Part shown: positions 8,170-18,141 of the stretch, one piece after another
Numbering within the stretch: the first letter of the stretch is position 1
Layout: each line of letters begins with the position of its first letter
NCBI GenBank assembly: GCA_015487695.1
Contig: WFPF01000021.1
Coordinates: 2,658-66,657 of the forward strand
Length of the DNA stretch: 64,000 nucleotides
From: Chitinophagales bacterium
GTDB taxonomy: Bacteria; Bacteroidota; Bacteroidia; Chitinophagales; S012-47
Direction: 5' to 3'
Position numbers and translations under genes: made by a program
The notes under the pieces: model-generated
The model's input: only the letters and a program-made list of their open reading frames with translations
The model's database searches: none
What the model was told of the DNA's origin: nothing

Positions 8170-11100
8170 TCAGAGTACTTTTTCGCCCAGTCGTTTCATG
8201 CGGATGGACGCCATATCAACGAGCAAATACATGACCGGCACGATGATGAGTGTCAGGAATGTGGCAAAGGACAATCCGAAAATGACCGTCCATGACATGG
8301 GTCCCCAGAAAATGGCACTGTCTCCGCCAAAGTAAATATCGGGCTTCAAAGCCGTCAGCAGTCCGTAGAAATCAATGTTAAATCCAATGGCCAGCGGAAT
8401 CAGCCCGAGCACCGTGGTAATAGCCGTCAGCAACACGGGACGCAACCTGATTTGTCCGGCCTGAATGATGGAGTCCTTTATTTCGTGGAAGGGCAGAAGT
8501 TCTCCATCGGCCAGGCCCAGTTCTTCCCGCCTGCGTTCTCTCGACAGTTTGATGAAGTCGATGAGCACGATGGCATTGTTTACCACAATGCCCGCCAGGG
8601 AAATGATGCCAATACCCACCATCAAAATACTGATGTCGATCTGGAAGATGGCAAAGCCCAGGAAAACCCCGATGGTACTTAGGATCACGGAAAACATGAT
8701 GATCAACGGGCTGACAAAAGAGTTGAATTGTGAAACGATGACAAGGAAAATGAGGAACACGGCAATCATCATCGCTTCCTGCAGAAAAGCCATTGACTTG
8801 GCCTGCTCTTCCTGCTCTCCGGTAAATTTATATTCATATCCTTTGGGCATATCATATTCTGACAACAGCGCCTTGTACTGCGCTACAATATCATTTGCAT
8901 TGTAGCCCTCTATCACATTGGAGTAAATGGTGATTACACGGTTTTGATCCTTTCGCTTGACGGTTCCCAGTGTCGAGCTGTTGTGAATCGTCACTACCGA
9001 TGATATAGGCACCTGCTTAATGCGGCCCGAGGCAGGATCTCTGAATGTAATGGGCATGTTGAGCAGCGTACCCAAGCGGTAGCGCTGTTCGTCCTTCAGT
9101 CTGACATTGATGGGGTAATCGTCTTCACCGATTTTATACTTATCAACTTCCTTTCCAAACAGGGCCGTGCGAATGGCCATCGCAATGCTTGCCGTAGACA
9201 ATCCGTATCTGCGGGCCGCTTCCCGGTTGATATCTACAATTAATTCCGGCTTATTCACTTCCACATCTGTTTTCAACTGCTCCACGCCCGGTACATTGGC
9301 CGATTCAAGAAATTGAATCATATCATCAGAAAGGCGCAGCAATTCGGCATAGTCCTCTCCGGTCACTTCGATGCTGATGGGCTTTCCAACCGGTGGGCCC
9401 ATGGCATTTTTTTCGACTGAAATGTTCTTTACTTCCGGAATATCACGAACTGCTTCCGATATTTTTTGCATCACGAAACTTGTAGAAACATCCATGAATT
9501 TTATCCGCTCCCGGTATTCGAGAAAAGAAACCGTAACCCGGGCTTTGTTCGGTGAACTGCCCTGCTGAAAGCCCCTTGAAGGATCGCCTGTCCCCTCGCC
9601 CACCTGGGCCACCACCGCCTCGACAATCGCCTGATAGGGACGAATCACATCATTTACCCGCTTTTCAATCTCCTTTGTGACTTTGTTCGTGTATTCAATA
9701 TCGGTTCCGTCAGGCATTTCAATGAATACATTGACATAGTTCGGATTGTTATCGGGGAAAAAAGTCACTTTCGGTGTTTTCTGAATAAAAAACATGAGGG
9801 AAAAGACGAGAAGGGCAATCACACCAATAAAAAACAACACCGGGCGAATGCCCGACAATGCAAATTCCAGGGAACGGGTATACGCCTTGACCAGCCAGAT
9901 CATAAAGCGCTCCTGGAAAAAGCGGGCGGCCGGCTTCAGCAAAAAGCGATATACTACTCGCAGCGTAGAGGATGCTATCAGCAGCCCTCCCATCAGGGGG
10001 GCAGCCCCGGATGCCGAAAGGAATACACCAAGAAGCAGTATAATCATAGTCCAGATCCAAAATCGTGGAGAGCCCTTGCTGAATTTGTAATCTTCAATTT
10101 TTATGAATTTCGAAGTCAAAACCGGATTGACCACCAATCCGACAAAGAGGGAGGAGGAAAGCACAATGATCAATGTGAGTGGTAAAAACTTGAAAAACTC
10201 ACCGATCATGGATTTCCAAAAAAGCAGCGGAACGAATGCCAGCACCGTGGTAACCGTTGAAGAAATGATAGGCATGGCCACCTCTCCGGCACCTGCTCTT
10301 GACGCCTTTGCCTTGCTATAGCCTTCGCTGTAAAGCCGGTAGATGTTCTCTACCACAACAATTCCGTTATCTACCAACATACCAAGGGCCAGAATCAGAG
10401 AAAAGAGTACGATCATACTCAGTGTATTGCCCGTATAGTAAAGAATCGTAATTCCCAGAAACATGGACAAGGGTATGGCCGTGCCTACGATCGAGGCATT
10501 GCGGATACCCATAAAAAAGAGAAGCACCAGTACCACCAGGAGAATTCCGGAAATAATGCTGTTTTCCAGGTTCTTCACCAGATTGACGGTAAACTTCGAT
10601 TGGTCATTTGTAATGATGACATGCAAATCCTTTGGCAATACCTTTCTGCGGGCCTCTGCAATGATTTTCTTTATCGATTTGGACGCATTGATCAGATTTT
10701 CCTTGCTTTTCTTTTTAATGTCAAGGCTCACTACATTTTTTCCATCCAAACGGGCAAAACTGGTGGGCTCCATATTTCCGAACTCCACCTGCGCTATATC
10801 GCCCAGCGTCACGATTTTCTGTTTCTCATGCTTAACGATGATCCCTTCCATCTTCCGATAGTCGCTAAACTCCCCGGTGATCCGAATGGTCCTGCGGCTG
10901 GCCACGTCACCGTCAATACTCAGGATATTTCCTCCTGAAAGGGTCACATTCTCAGAAGTAATGGCATTTTCGATGTCCTTGAAACTGACACGCAAAGCAG
11001 CCATTTTATCAAGGTCCACAATCACTTTTACTTCCTTCTCTGGCAGGCCACGGAGGTCAACTCCGGATATTTCACTCAGATTTTCGATCTCATCCTGCAA

Positions 11101-11604
11101 ATATTCTGCATAGTGCTTCAGCTCTTCGAAACTGAAATCGCCATAGAGGTTGACGTTCATCACGGGAAACTCTGAGAAGTCAAGCTCAAAAATATTCGGA
11201 TCGGCCGGCAGGTCATTGGGCAGATCCTTCTTGGCCTTGTCCACGGCATCTTTCACATCGTAAAGCCCGTCACGCGGATCGACATCATATTCGAATTCAA
11301 CGACAATTGTGCTGTAATCCTGAATAGATGTGGAGGTCATCTTGCTGATGCCCGAGAGCTTTTTTATTTCCTTCTCAAGCGGTCGGGTCACCAGGTTCTC
11401 CATGTCGATGGGCGAGTTGCCCGGATAACTGACTCCGACAAAGATGGTGGGTTGCTTTACTTCCGGAAAACTCTCTTTGGGTATGGCCGTGTATGACATC
11501 CAACCTGCGATAATGATGATAAAAAGCATCACAAATACACTGGTTGAATTCTTGAGCGCCAGATTGGAGAGCCAGAATTCTTTTATTCTTTCCTTTTTCG
11601 TCAT
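8170..11604 (-). CDS. RND efflux transporter permease (AcrB family)
   Basis: 1144 aa; GMLVDNGIVVVENI, RLRPVLLTA; multi-TM pattern with two large periplasmic loops. Confidence 0.95.
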   Translation of the reverse strand: MTKKERIKEFWLSNLALKNSTSVFVMLFIIIIAGWMSYTAIPKESFPEVKQPTIFVGVSYPGNSPIDMENLVTRPLEKEIKKLSGISKMTSTSIQDYSTIVVEFEYDVDPRDGLYDVKDAVDKAKKDLPNDLPADPNIFELDFSEFPVMNVNLYGDFSFEELKHYAEYLQDEIENLSEISGVDLRGLPEKEVKVIVDLDKMAALRVSFKDIENAITSENVTLSGGNILSIDGDVASRRTIRITGEFSDYRKMEGIIVKHEKQKIVTLGDIAQVEFGNMEPTSFARLDGKNVVSLDIKKKSKENLINASKSIKKIIAEARRKVLPKDLHVIITNDQSKFTVNLVKNLENSIISGILLVVLVLLFFMGIRNASIVGTAIPLSMFLGITILYYTGNTLSMIVLFSLILALGMLVDNGIVVVENIYRLYSEGYSKAKASRAGAGEVAMPIISSTVTTVLAFVPLLFWKSMIGEFFKFLPLTLIIVLSSSLFVGLVVNPVLTSKFIKIEDYKFSKGSPRFWIWTMIILLLGVFLSASGAAPLMGGLLIASSTLRVVYRFLLKPAARFFQERFMIWLVKAYTRSLEFALSGIRPVLFFIGVIALLVFSLMFFIQKTPKVTFFPDNNPNYVNVFIEMPDGTDIEYTNKVTKEIEKRVNDVIRPYQAIVEAVVAQVGEGTGDPSRGFQQGSSPNKARVTVSFLEYRERIKFMDVSTSFVMQKISEAVRDIPEVKNISVEKNAMGPPVGKPISIEVTGEDYAELLRLSDDMIQFLESANVPGVEQLKTDVEVNKPELIVDINREAARRYGLSTASIAMAIRTALFGKEVDKYKIGEDDYPINVRLKDEQRYRLGTLLNMPITFRDPASGRIKQVPISSVVTIHNSSTLGTVKRKDQNRVITIYSNVIEGYNANDIVAQYKALLSEYDMPKGYEYKFTGEQEEQAKSMAFLQEAMMIAVFLIFLVIVSQFNSFVSPLIIMFSVILSTIGVFLGFAIFQIDISILMVGIGIISLAGIVVNNAIVLIDFIKLSRERRREELGLADGELLPFHEIKDSIIQAGQIRLRPVLLTAITTVLGLIPLAIGFNIDFYGLLTALKPDIYFGGDSAIFWGPMSWTVIFGLSFATFLTLIIVPVMYLLVDMASIRMKRLGEKVL

Positions 11605-11615
11605 TGCTTCAGGTT

Positions 11616-12779
11616 TTAGTAAAGCGGTTTAATTTTTTCTCCTTCGCTTACCTTGTCATAGCCTTCCACTATCAGAAGGGTACCGGGTTCGATTCCTTCT
11701 TTTACCAGTGAATGTTTCTCATCACTGTATTCCAGCTTTACCATTTCCTTATGTGCTGTGGTGTCTCCGTTGTGTATGCGCACCGTGTAGAGATAACTAC
11801 CTTCTTCCTGAAAAAAGACAACCCGGGTCGGCACAACCAGTGCCTCTTTTTGCCTGAAATCGAAGAGGCGGATATTGGCCAGCAGATTGGGCTTTAGTTC
11901 TCCATTCGGATTGTGAATTTTAACAATCACCTTAAAGGTTCGGTTGTCTTTGTCGATGGCCTGCCCCACCGCGTCAATGGTTGTATGGATCTGCAAGCCG
12001 ATTACCGGGAAATCAACGAGCACCGAGTCGCCTTTTCTGAATTTCCCGACATAGCGCTCAGATACTTCGCCCACCACTTTAATATCGGCTACGTTGATCA
12101 CCGTCAGAAGCGGAAAACCCGGAGAAAGCATTTCACCGGCTTTTACCATTAAGTCGTCCACCATTCCCGTAATTGGCGATTTGATAATGTATTTATCAAG
12201 CTGAGCCCTTAGCGTGGCCATTCTTTTTTCCAGTGATTCTTTCGCATTCTTCGCCTGCAGATACTGCATTTCCGAGCCGATGCCCTGCTCCCAGAGCCGT
12301 GATTGCTTTTCGAATGTCTGGGCTGCCAGCTCATAGGCTGTTGAAAGCTCATCCAATTGCCTCCGCACCATTTTATCATCGATGCGGGCCAGTTCTTGAC
12401 CCTTCACCACTTTGTCACCCACCTCTACATAAAGGGCAATAATTTGGCCCGGAACCTCCGAGCTGATTTTGACATAGTCATCGCTTTCCACATTGCCCGG
12501 TATCTGAATGAAATGCTTAAAATCCTGTTTGCCTATCTCCTTTACCCTGACAGTAACGGCTGCCTTGCCTTCACCTTCTTCCGCAGACATATTGTCTATC
12601 TCTTCTTCCAGCGCTCTGACCTTCTGCTTGATCTCTATCAATTCCTTTTGGTACTGAGCCAGTTGCTTTTTCTTGTCTTCGAGCGTCCGGGGTTCCTTGC
12701 TTTGTTTGCAGGCACCCAGCCCCAGCAGAAAGAGAAGGGACAATAAAGTAAGAGTTGCTTTTATTTTCATTTTGCTCAT
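11616..12779 (-). CDS. RND periplasmic adaptor (MFP) lipoprotein
   Basis: Lipobox LGAC, coiled coil, G.I..L.V..GD.V.KGQ.L lipoyl-like motif, IKSPITG. Confidence 0.93.
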   Translation of the reverse strand: MSKMKIKATLTLLSLLFLLGLGACKQSKEPRTLEDKKKQLAQYQKELIEIKQKVRALEEEIDNMSAEEGEGKAAVTVRVKEIGKQDFKHFIQIPGNVESDDYVKISSEVPGQIIALYVEVGDKVVKGQELARIDDKMVRRQLDELSTAYELAAQTFEKQSRLWEQGIGSEMQYLQAKNAKESLEKRMATLRAQLDKYIIKSPITGMVDDLMVKAGEMLSPGFPLLTVINVADIKVVGEVSERYVGKFRKGDSVLVDFPVIGLQIHTTIDAVGQAIDKDNRTFKVIVKIHNPNGELKPNLLANIRLFDFRQKEALVVPTRVVFFQEEGSYLYTVRIHNGDTTAHKEMVKLEYSDEKHSLVKEGIEPGTLLIVEGYDKVSEGEKIKPLY

Positions 12780-14104
12780 TTTATTTCAAGTAACTTTTCA
12801 AGTTCGACTTTGGCCAGCAACAAGCGGTAGAGGGCATTGATGTAATTGCTGCTGCTGTTAAAATAGGTACTGCGGGCATTGTCTACTTCAAGACTTGAAC
12901 CCACACCTTCCTCATATTTTTTTACACTGATATCAAATATCTTTTTGGCCAGCTCCATATTGCTGCGGGCATTATCCAGTTGCTCACTGGCGTTCAGATA
13001 TTCAGCTTTGCGCTGCTCTATCTGCATTTTATACGCTTCGGCCGCCTGGTCCCGCTTGTTAATCATTTGCCGCTGACTGATTTCTTCCTTTTGAATACCG
13101 GAACGCTTGCGGAAGCTGTCCCAAATCGGGATATTCAATGAAACCCCCCAAACCGCTGTCTCATACCAGGGCTGGTTCTTATCAAAAAAGTTGAACTCAT
13201 TGCGCTGTGCATTCTCCGAAGCAGAGATAAAAAGATCCGCCTGGGGCAGGTAGCCCGCTTTCAGGTTTTTTATATTCAGTCCGGTCAGCGAAATGCTTTG
13301 ATTGAGAATATCGTTCTGCAGGGTATGTTCAAAATTGGCCGGACTTTCGACCAGCGTTAGATCTGTAGAAACGAAGGCGGAAATGCTGTCACTTAATACA
13401 ATTTCATCTTCGTACGGATAGCCCATCTGAAACTTTAAGAGCCCAAGTGATAGTTTTTCCTGCCGCTTCAAGGTTTCCAGTTGCTGTCGCAGCGTACTGA
13501 GTGACAAATAGAGCCGATCTACTTCTATTTCCTCAATAAAACCTTCGTCAAACATTGCTTTGCTTTCACGATAGATGTCCTCCAGTGTCCTCAGGTTTTG
13601 CTCCAGTATCTCTATGTTTTTTCGTGTAATCAGAACTCCGTAATAGGCCTTGGCAACACTTGCCCTAACCTCAAACTTGGAGGCCTCATATTGCTTCTTC
13701 GAAAGGTCCTTGTACATTTCAGCCGCCTTCAACCCCACGAAATAGTTTCCGTTGAAGATCATTTGGCTACCGTTGATGCTGGCGTTGAGATTATTGCTCG
13801 TGCCAAATTGTACTTCCGCAAATTCTCCGGGTTTACCTCCAAAGAATTCGGCCGGTATCAAACTTACCGGCAAGGCCAGGAAGTTCTGATACTTCACTTG
13901 TGCACTGATTTGCGGCAGCCCCGAGGCCAGTTGTTTTTTTACATCCTGCGATGCTTTGCCTACTTCATAATAAGCATCTTTCATCTCCCTGTTATGCTCA
14001 TAGGCATAAGTTACAGCCTCGTCAAGAGTGAATGTTTTATCCTGCGCCAGCAGCAGCACGGAGGCCAAAAGGCCTATCAGGGTAAAGGCAACTTTAATCC
14101 TCAT
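12776..14104 (-). CDS. TolC-family outer membrane efflux protein
   Basis: Signal peptide, TLDEAV..A...N, LPQ repeats, YEEGVGSSLE; in an operon with MFP/RND. Confidence 0.93.
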   Translation of the reverse strand: MRIKVAFTLIGLLASVLLLAQDKTFTLDEAVTYAYEHNREMKDAYYEVGKASQDVKKQLASGLPQISAQVKYQNFLALPVSLIPAEFFGGKPGEFAEVQFGTSNNLNASINGSQMIFNGNYFVGLKAAEMYKDLSKKQYEASKFEVRASVAKAYYGVLITRKNIEILEQNLRTLEDIYRESKAMFDEGFIEEIEVDRLYLSLSTLRQQLETLKRQEKLSLGLLKFQMGYPYEDEIVLSDSISAFVSTDLTLVESPANFEHTLQNDILNQSISLTGLNIKNLKAGYLPQADLFISASENAQRNEFNFFDKNQPWYETAVWGVSLNIPIWDSFRKRSGIQKEEISQRQMINKRDQAAEAYKMQIEQRKAEYLNASEQLDNARSNMELAKKIFDISVKKYEEGVGSSLEVDNARSTYFNSSSNYINALYRLLLAKVELEKLLEIK

Positions 14105-14690
14105 AGTTGTATTTTTTATTCAGGTACTTTCGCCCGCTCTCCGAAACAATCGCATACAGTTGCAGTTTTATAATCTCATCATATACAGTCGTAATATCAT
14201 GCCCAAGCTTTTTAAATACAGACGGGTCGCTGTAAACATCAACTTTTGCCAGCTGATGAAAAGCTACCACTTCAGGTATAAGGTTCTTTCTGAAAAGGCC
14301 CTCCTCCATCCCGCGCCTGATCTTTTTCACAAGATGATTGGTGAGAAAGCCATCAATGTGCTCTTTAAAAATCATCCAGCCTTTGGGATAATATTTTTTC
14401 AAATCAAAAAGAATAGAAGAATGGAAGTCCCGCTGTAATTTGATGTGGTCATTTGCAATAGCCAGCCAGCATTCTATCGCATTTTCTGATTGACGTTCTG
14501 CCTTTTCAATTAATTCCTGTGCTTTTTTCAGGTGGTGCGATACGACTTTATAAATCAGATCTTCCTTGCTACCGAATTTTTCGTACACGGTTTTCTTTGA
14601 TATCCCCAGTTCACGGGCAATATCATCCATGGTCACGCTTTTGAGACCATATTTCAAGAAAAGATGTGAGACTTGTTCTATGCTGTTCAC
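14094..14690 (-). CDS. TetR/AcrR-family regulator
   Basis: LF...G...VTMDDIARELGISKKTVY..F.SKEDL HTH; GTG start. Confidence 0.95.
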   Translation of the reverse strand: MNSIEQVSHLFLKYGLKSVTMDDIARELGISKKTVYEKFGSKEDLIYKVVSHHLKKAQELIEKAERQSENAIECWLAIANDHIKLQRDFHSSILFDLKKYYPKGWMIFKEHIDGFLTNHLVKKIRRGMEEGLFRKNLIPEVVAFHQLAKVDVYSDPSVFKKLGHDITTVYDEIIKLQLYAIVSESGRKYLNKKYNYED

Positions 14691-14706
14691 GCTGAAAGTT
14701 GAGCAG

Positions 14707-14759
14707 CAAATTTATAAACAGGAAACTCAGGAAACTATTAAAACCAGCAAAGTTTCCTG
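14707..14759 (-). promoter_or_regulatory. Promoter (-7 TAAATTTG) and putative TetR operator of the efflux operon
   Basis: -7 box at 14707-14714; CAGGAAACT twice in tandem (14719-14736) and an inverted copy AGTTTCCTG (14751-14759). Confidence 0.6.
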
Positions 14760-14785
14760 CGGTTAACGTTTATTAACAGGAGAGG

Positions 14786-15562
14786 CTAAAGGCTGCGCTT
14801 TCGGACTACCTGTACGGACAGCACAAAAAAGATAAGCGCATAAAAAACAGCCAGGATCATGTATTCATTCCAGGCTTCATTCTGAAGCTGCAAATCCATT
14901 CCGGAGACCAAATCCGCATAGGGGGTAGAAATCAGATTGCTTAATGTCTTGGACGGGAAATACCTGGTGAAATCAGCATCAATACTCAGGCGCAATATGG
15001 CCTCCATAAATACTGCATATGCCAGAAAGAACATTGTCGCTATAGCTGTTTTGCGGAAAAGATAGGCAATAAAAGCAGCCATAGACATAAGTCCGAATGC
15101 ATGCAGAAAATAGCTCAGCATAAAACCAATATTCTTAAATATCAAAGCACTCGTAATCGTCACGCTATTGGCCCATCCCATCAGCAATCCGACAAAGAAC
15201 ATAAATACAGTCGCACCCAGGGCAATTACAATAAGAAGAAGGTACTTGGATATAACCAATTGTGTACGGCTCAACCCGTCTATCAGGTTTTGCTTGGCCG
15301 TACCAAAGGAAAATTCATTCCCAATTAATAAGATCATTACAATCCCAAGTCCAAGATTTAAGAACTTTCCTATGAAAGCCACATTTTGCCATACATACGG
15401 AAATTTGAGTGTTTCCTGTCCAAATATTTGAAACGGTCCGAAACTAAAATTATGAAGGGACAAAAACAACGTTGTTGCGGCCAGGAAATAGCCAAGCATC
15501 AGTATCTTAAATGCGGCATATCCCGATACCTTCAAATACTCTATTTGCAATAATTTCCTCAT
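14786..15562 (-). CDS. ABC-2-type transporter permease
   Basis: About 6 TM segments; NEFSFGT.KQNLIDGLSR; overlaps the ATPase gene. Confidence 0.85.
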   Translation of the reverse strand: MRKLLQIEYLKVSGYAAFKILMLGYFLAATTLFLSLHNFSFGPFQIFGQETLKFPYVWQNVAFIGKFLNLGLGIVMILLIGNEFSFGTAKQNLIDGLSRTQLVISKYLLLIVIALGATVFMFFVGLLMGWANSVTITSALIFKNIGFMLSYFLHAFGLMSMAAFIAYLFRKTAIATMFFLAYAVFMEAILRLSIDADFTRYFPSKTLSNLISTPYADLVSGMDLQLQNEAWNEYMILAVFYALIFFVLSVQVVRKRSL

Positions 15563-16446
15563 TGATTGGTCAGTTCCAGGAATTGTTCTTCCAGTGTTTT
15601 TCTTCTTTCCCGCAAATGTGTCAAATAGATGCCCTGCTCAGCAAGTATACGATTAATCTCCTGAGGAGATTTTTTCGTTTCCACAACCAGCATCGAATTC
15701 AGACTTTGAATGATTCTCAACCCGTCCTGATCTTCAAGTATTTTTAAAAGATCCATTTCGCTTCCGGCTGATAGTTCAATCACTCTAACTCTATCCAGCT
15801 CCGATCCCCTCAGCGTTCGCAATTCCAATAATTTTCCATTTTTCATTACTGCTACATCCGTACATACCTTTTCAACTTCATCAAGCAGGTGGCTGGCCAA
15901 AATGATGGTTTTACCATTTGTAGCAATATCCCTGATCAAGCTTCTGATATCCGCTATTCCGTTGGGGTCCAAACCATTGGTCGGTTCATCCAGTATCAAA
16001 ACATCAGGATCTGAGACAAGTGATGCAGCAATAGCAAGCCGTTGTTTCATGCCTGTGCTAAATCCCTTTACCTTCGAATTTCTTCTTTGAAAAAGCCCTA
16101 CCTGTTTCAATACATCATTAATTCTGTTTTCGCCCTTTTCTTTAATCCTACAAGTAATTTCCAAATTCTTTACCGCTGACAAATAGGGATAAAAGTTCGG
16201 TTTTTCAAGTAAAGTACCAATGCGCTTTCTTGCCATTGTAACGGGAACACCTCCAAACCATTCGTATTGACCCGCATCCGCCTTTACCACATCCAATATC
16301 ATGCTGAGCGTTGTCGTTTTACCGCTTCCGTTAGGACCCAACAATCCAAGTACCTGGCCGTGAAAGACAGTGAGTGACAATTCCCTTACTGCTTTAATTC
16401 TTCCGTAACTTTTACTGAGATTTGTAATTTTGAGCACTTCCCGCAT
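15559..16446 (-). CDS. ABC transporter ATP-binding protein (BcrA-like)
   Basis: GPNGSGKTT, FSTGMKQRL, LILDEPTNGLDP, SH. Confidence 0.95.
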   Translation of the reverse strand: MREVLKITNLSKSYGRIKAVRELSLTVFHGQVLGLLGPNGSGKTTTLSMILDVVKADAGQYEWFGGVPVTMARKRIGTLLEKPNFYPYLSAVKNLEITCRIKEKGENRINDVLKQVGLFQRRNSKVKGFSTGMKQRLAIAASLVSDPDVLILDEPTNGLDPNGIADIRSLIRDIATNGKTIILASHLLDEVEKVCTDVAVMKNGKLLELRTLRGSELDRVRVIELSAGSEMDLLKILEDQDGLRIIQSLNSMLVVETKKSPQEINRILAEQGIYLTHLRERRKTLEEQFLELTNQ

Positions 16447-16493
16447 GATCTTATAAAAGTAATCAATCAGATTTTCTTAATAATAGATTTAAC

Positions 16494-17105
16494 TTGATTT
16501 ATAAGTATGACCCATATCAGTTAATTGCAGGAACCGATGAAGCCGGCAGAGGCTGTTTGGCCGGCCCAGTTGTAGCAGCTTCAGTCATTTTACCCAAAGG
16601 ACGATACTACCGAAAATTGAATGACAGTAAATTGCTGAATCCCCGCTTGCGCGAAAGTCTTTACAAAGAAATAACGAGCACAGCAATCTCATGGAAGGTT
16701 GTCTTCAAGAGCCATCATATCATTGATACAATCAATATTTTAAATGCGACCCATGAAGCCATGTATGAGGCGGCATTGTGTCTGGATCCCCGGCCAGAAA
16801 TCCTTCTTGTTGACGGGAATTCATTTAAGAAAGATTCCTCAATTCCTTACGAATGTAAAGTCAACGGTGATGCTATCTATGCCCCCATTGCAGCAGCATC
16901 CATTCTTGCGAAGGTATCACGGGATCATTTCATGGCTCGCTTATCCCGGCATAAGAAATACCGGGTATATGGTTGGTCTGAAAACAAAGGATACGCAACA
17001 TCTTCACACATTGAAGCCATTAAGAACTTTGGATTCAGTGATCTACATCGGAAGAGTTTTATAGTAAAATCACTTCAGTTAAGCCTCTTCTCAAAAAAGC
17101 AATAA
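16494..17105 (+). CDS. rnhB: Ribonuclease HII
   Basis: GTDEAGRGCLAGPVVAA, LNDSK, LVDGN, IAAASILAKVSRD, HRKSF; TTG start. Confidence 0.95.
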   Translation: MIYKYDPYQLIAGTDEAGRGCLAGPVVAASVILPKGRYYRKLNDSKLLNPRLRESLYKEITSTAISWKVVFKSHHIIDTINILNATHEAMYEAALCLDPRPEILLVDGNSFKKDSSIPYECKVNGDAIYAPIAAASILAKVSRDHFMARLSRHKKYRVYGWSENKGYATSSHIEAIKNFGFSDLHRKSFIVKSLQLSLFSKKQ

Positions 17106-17132
17106 AAAAACCCCTGGTAAAAATACCAGGGG
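17104..17132 (-). terminator. Rho-independent terminator between convergent rnhB and porP/sprF
   Basis: CCCCTGGTA-AAAA-TACCAGGGG 9-bp stem with A7 on the left, giving a U-tract on the minus strand. Confidence 0.85.
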
Positions 17133-17156
17133 CTCTATTCCTAAAATCTGAATTCT

Positions 17157-18104
17157 TTATTGTGCAGGAGCTTCCTCCATTACAGGTTCTTCCTCATTGC
17201 TAGGCCTTACACCAAAAACATTGTCAAACTTTTGCTTTCCAAATGTAACTCCGAATCCAACCTCATGTGATCCCCATGAAACAGACTGGAAGTCTCCGCT
17301 ATTCATATCATACGAATAGGTAAACTGCCATTTATTATTCACATTAAATCCGGTCATCAGTGTAATGCCAGAACCCGCAAATTGCGATCCGTTAGGACCT
17401 CTCCATCCGGCTCCCAACATCAATTGATTATCGACAAACCATGCTCTCAGATTAATATCCACCTGTGTTTTTGCATTGGGCACAATTTTGGCCATAAGCA
17501 TTGGTTCCAGATTCACAGTTCCGAGCTCAAAGATATAGCCACCGGAAAGGTAGATATGCGGCTCCAGTTTTTTTACATCCGCTCCTGTAATCTGAATCAA
17601 CTGAGGAACACTGATTCCGACAAAATGTTTTTTGCTGTAGTGCATAACTCCCAGTGAAAGATCACCCAATCCACCATCAAAACCATCCAAGGGTTCCGGT
17701 GAATAAATGTCCACCAATTCTCTGTTCAAACGATAGTTTACATATCGTGCACCCAATCCAATAGACAAGTTGTTTCTATCCATATCAATATGATAGGCAT
17801 AATTAAACTGTACACCCGTGCTTTGTTCAGGCCCGATAACATCAGTTACCATATTAATTCCAATACCACTACGTTCACCCATAACTCCGTGAACACTTGC
17901 GGAAGATGTTACAGCAGCACCGGGAATTCTTGTAAAATCACTTCTTACTCCTATTCTGCCTGTCCACTGCCCGTTGCTACCGGCAGCTGCAGGATTAATC
18001 AAAAGGTAGTTAAAGCGATAATTACTTCTCAATGGGTCTTGCTGGGCCTGCATAGCAGAGGATACCAAGAACAAGAGAGCAAAAGCAAATAATAATTTTC
18101 TCAT
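17157..18104 (-). CDS. PorP/SprF-family T9SS outer membrane protein
   Basis: AQQDP..S.Y.FN....NPA.AG N-terminus, NYAYHI, YSYD, GSHEV; directly downstream of a type-B CTD cargo. Confidence 0.92.
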   Translation of the reverse strand: MRKLLFAFALLFLVSSAMQAQQDPLRSNYRFNYLLINPAAAGSNGQWTGRIGVRSDFTRIPGAAVTSSASVHGVMGERSGIGINMVTDVIGPEQSTGVQFNYAYHIDMDRNNLSIGLGARYVNYRLNRELVDIYSPEPLDGFDGGLGDLSLGVMHYSKKHFVGISVPQLIQITGADVKKLEPHIYLSGGYIFELGTVNLEPMLMAKIVPNAKTQVDINLRAWFVDNQLMLGAGWRGPNGSQFAGSGITLMTGFNVNNKWQFTYSYDMNSGDFQSVSWGSHEVGFGVTFGKQKFDNVFGVRPSNEEEPVMEEAPAQ

Positions 18105-18141
18105 GTTTTATGTTTTAATCAGATTCTTTCTAAGAGTTGAT

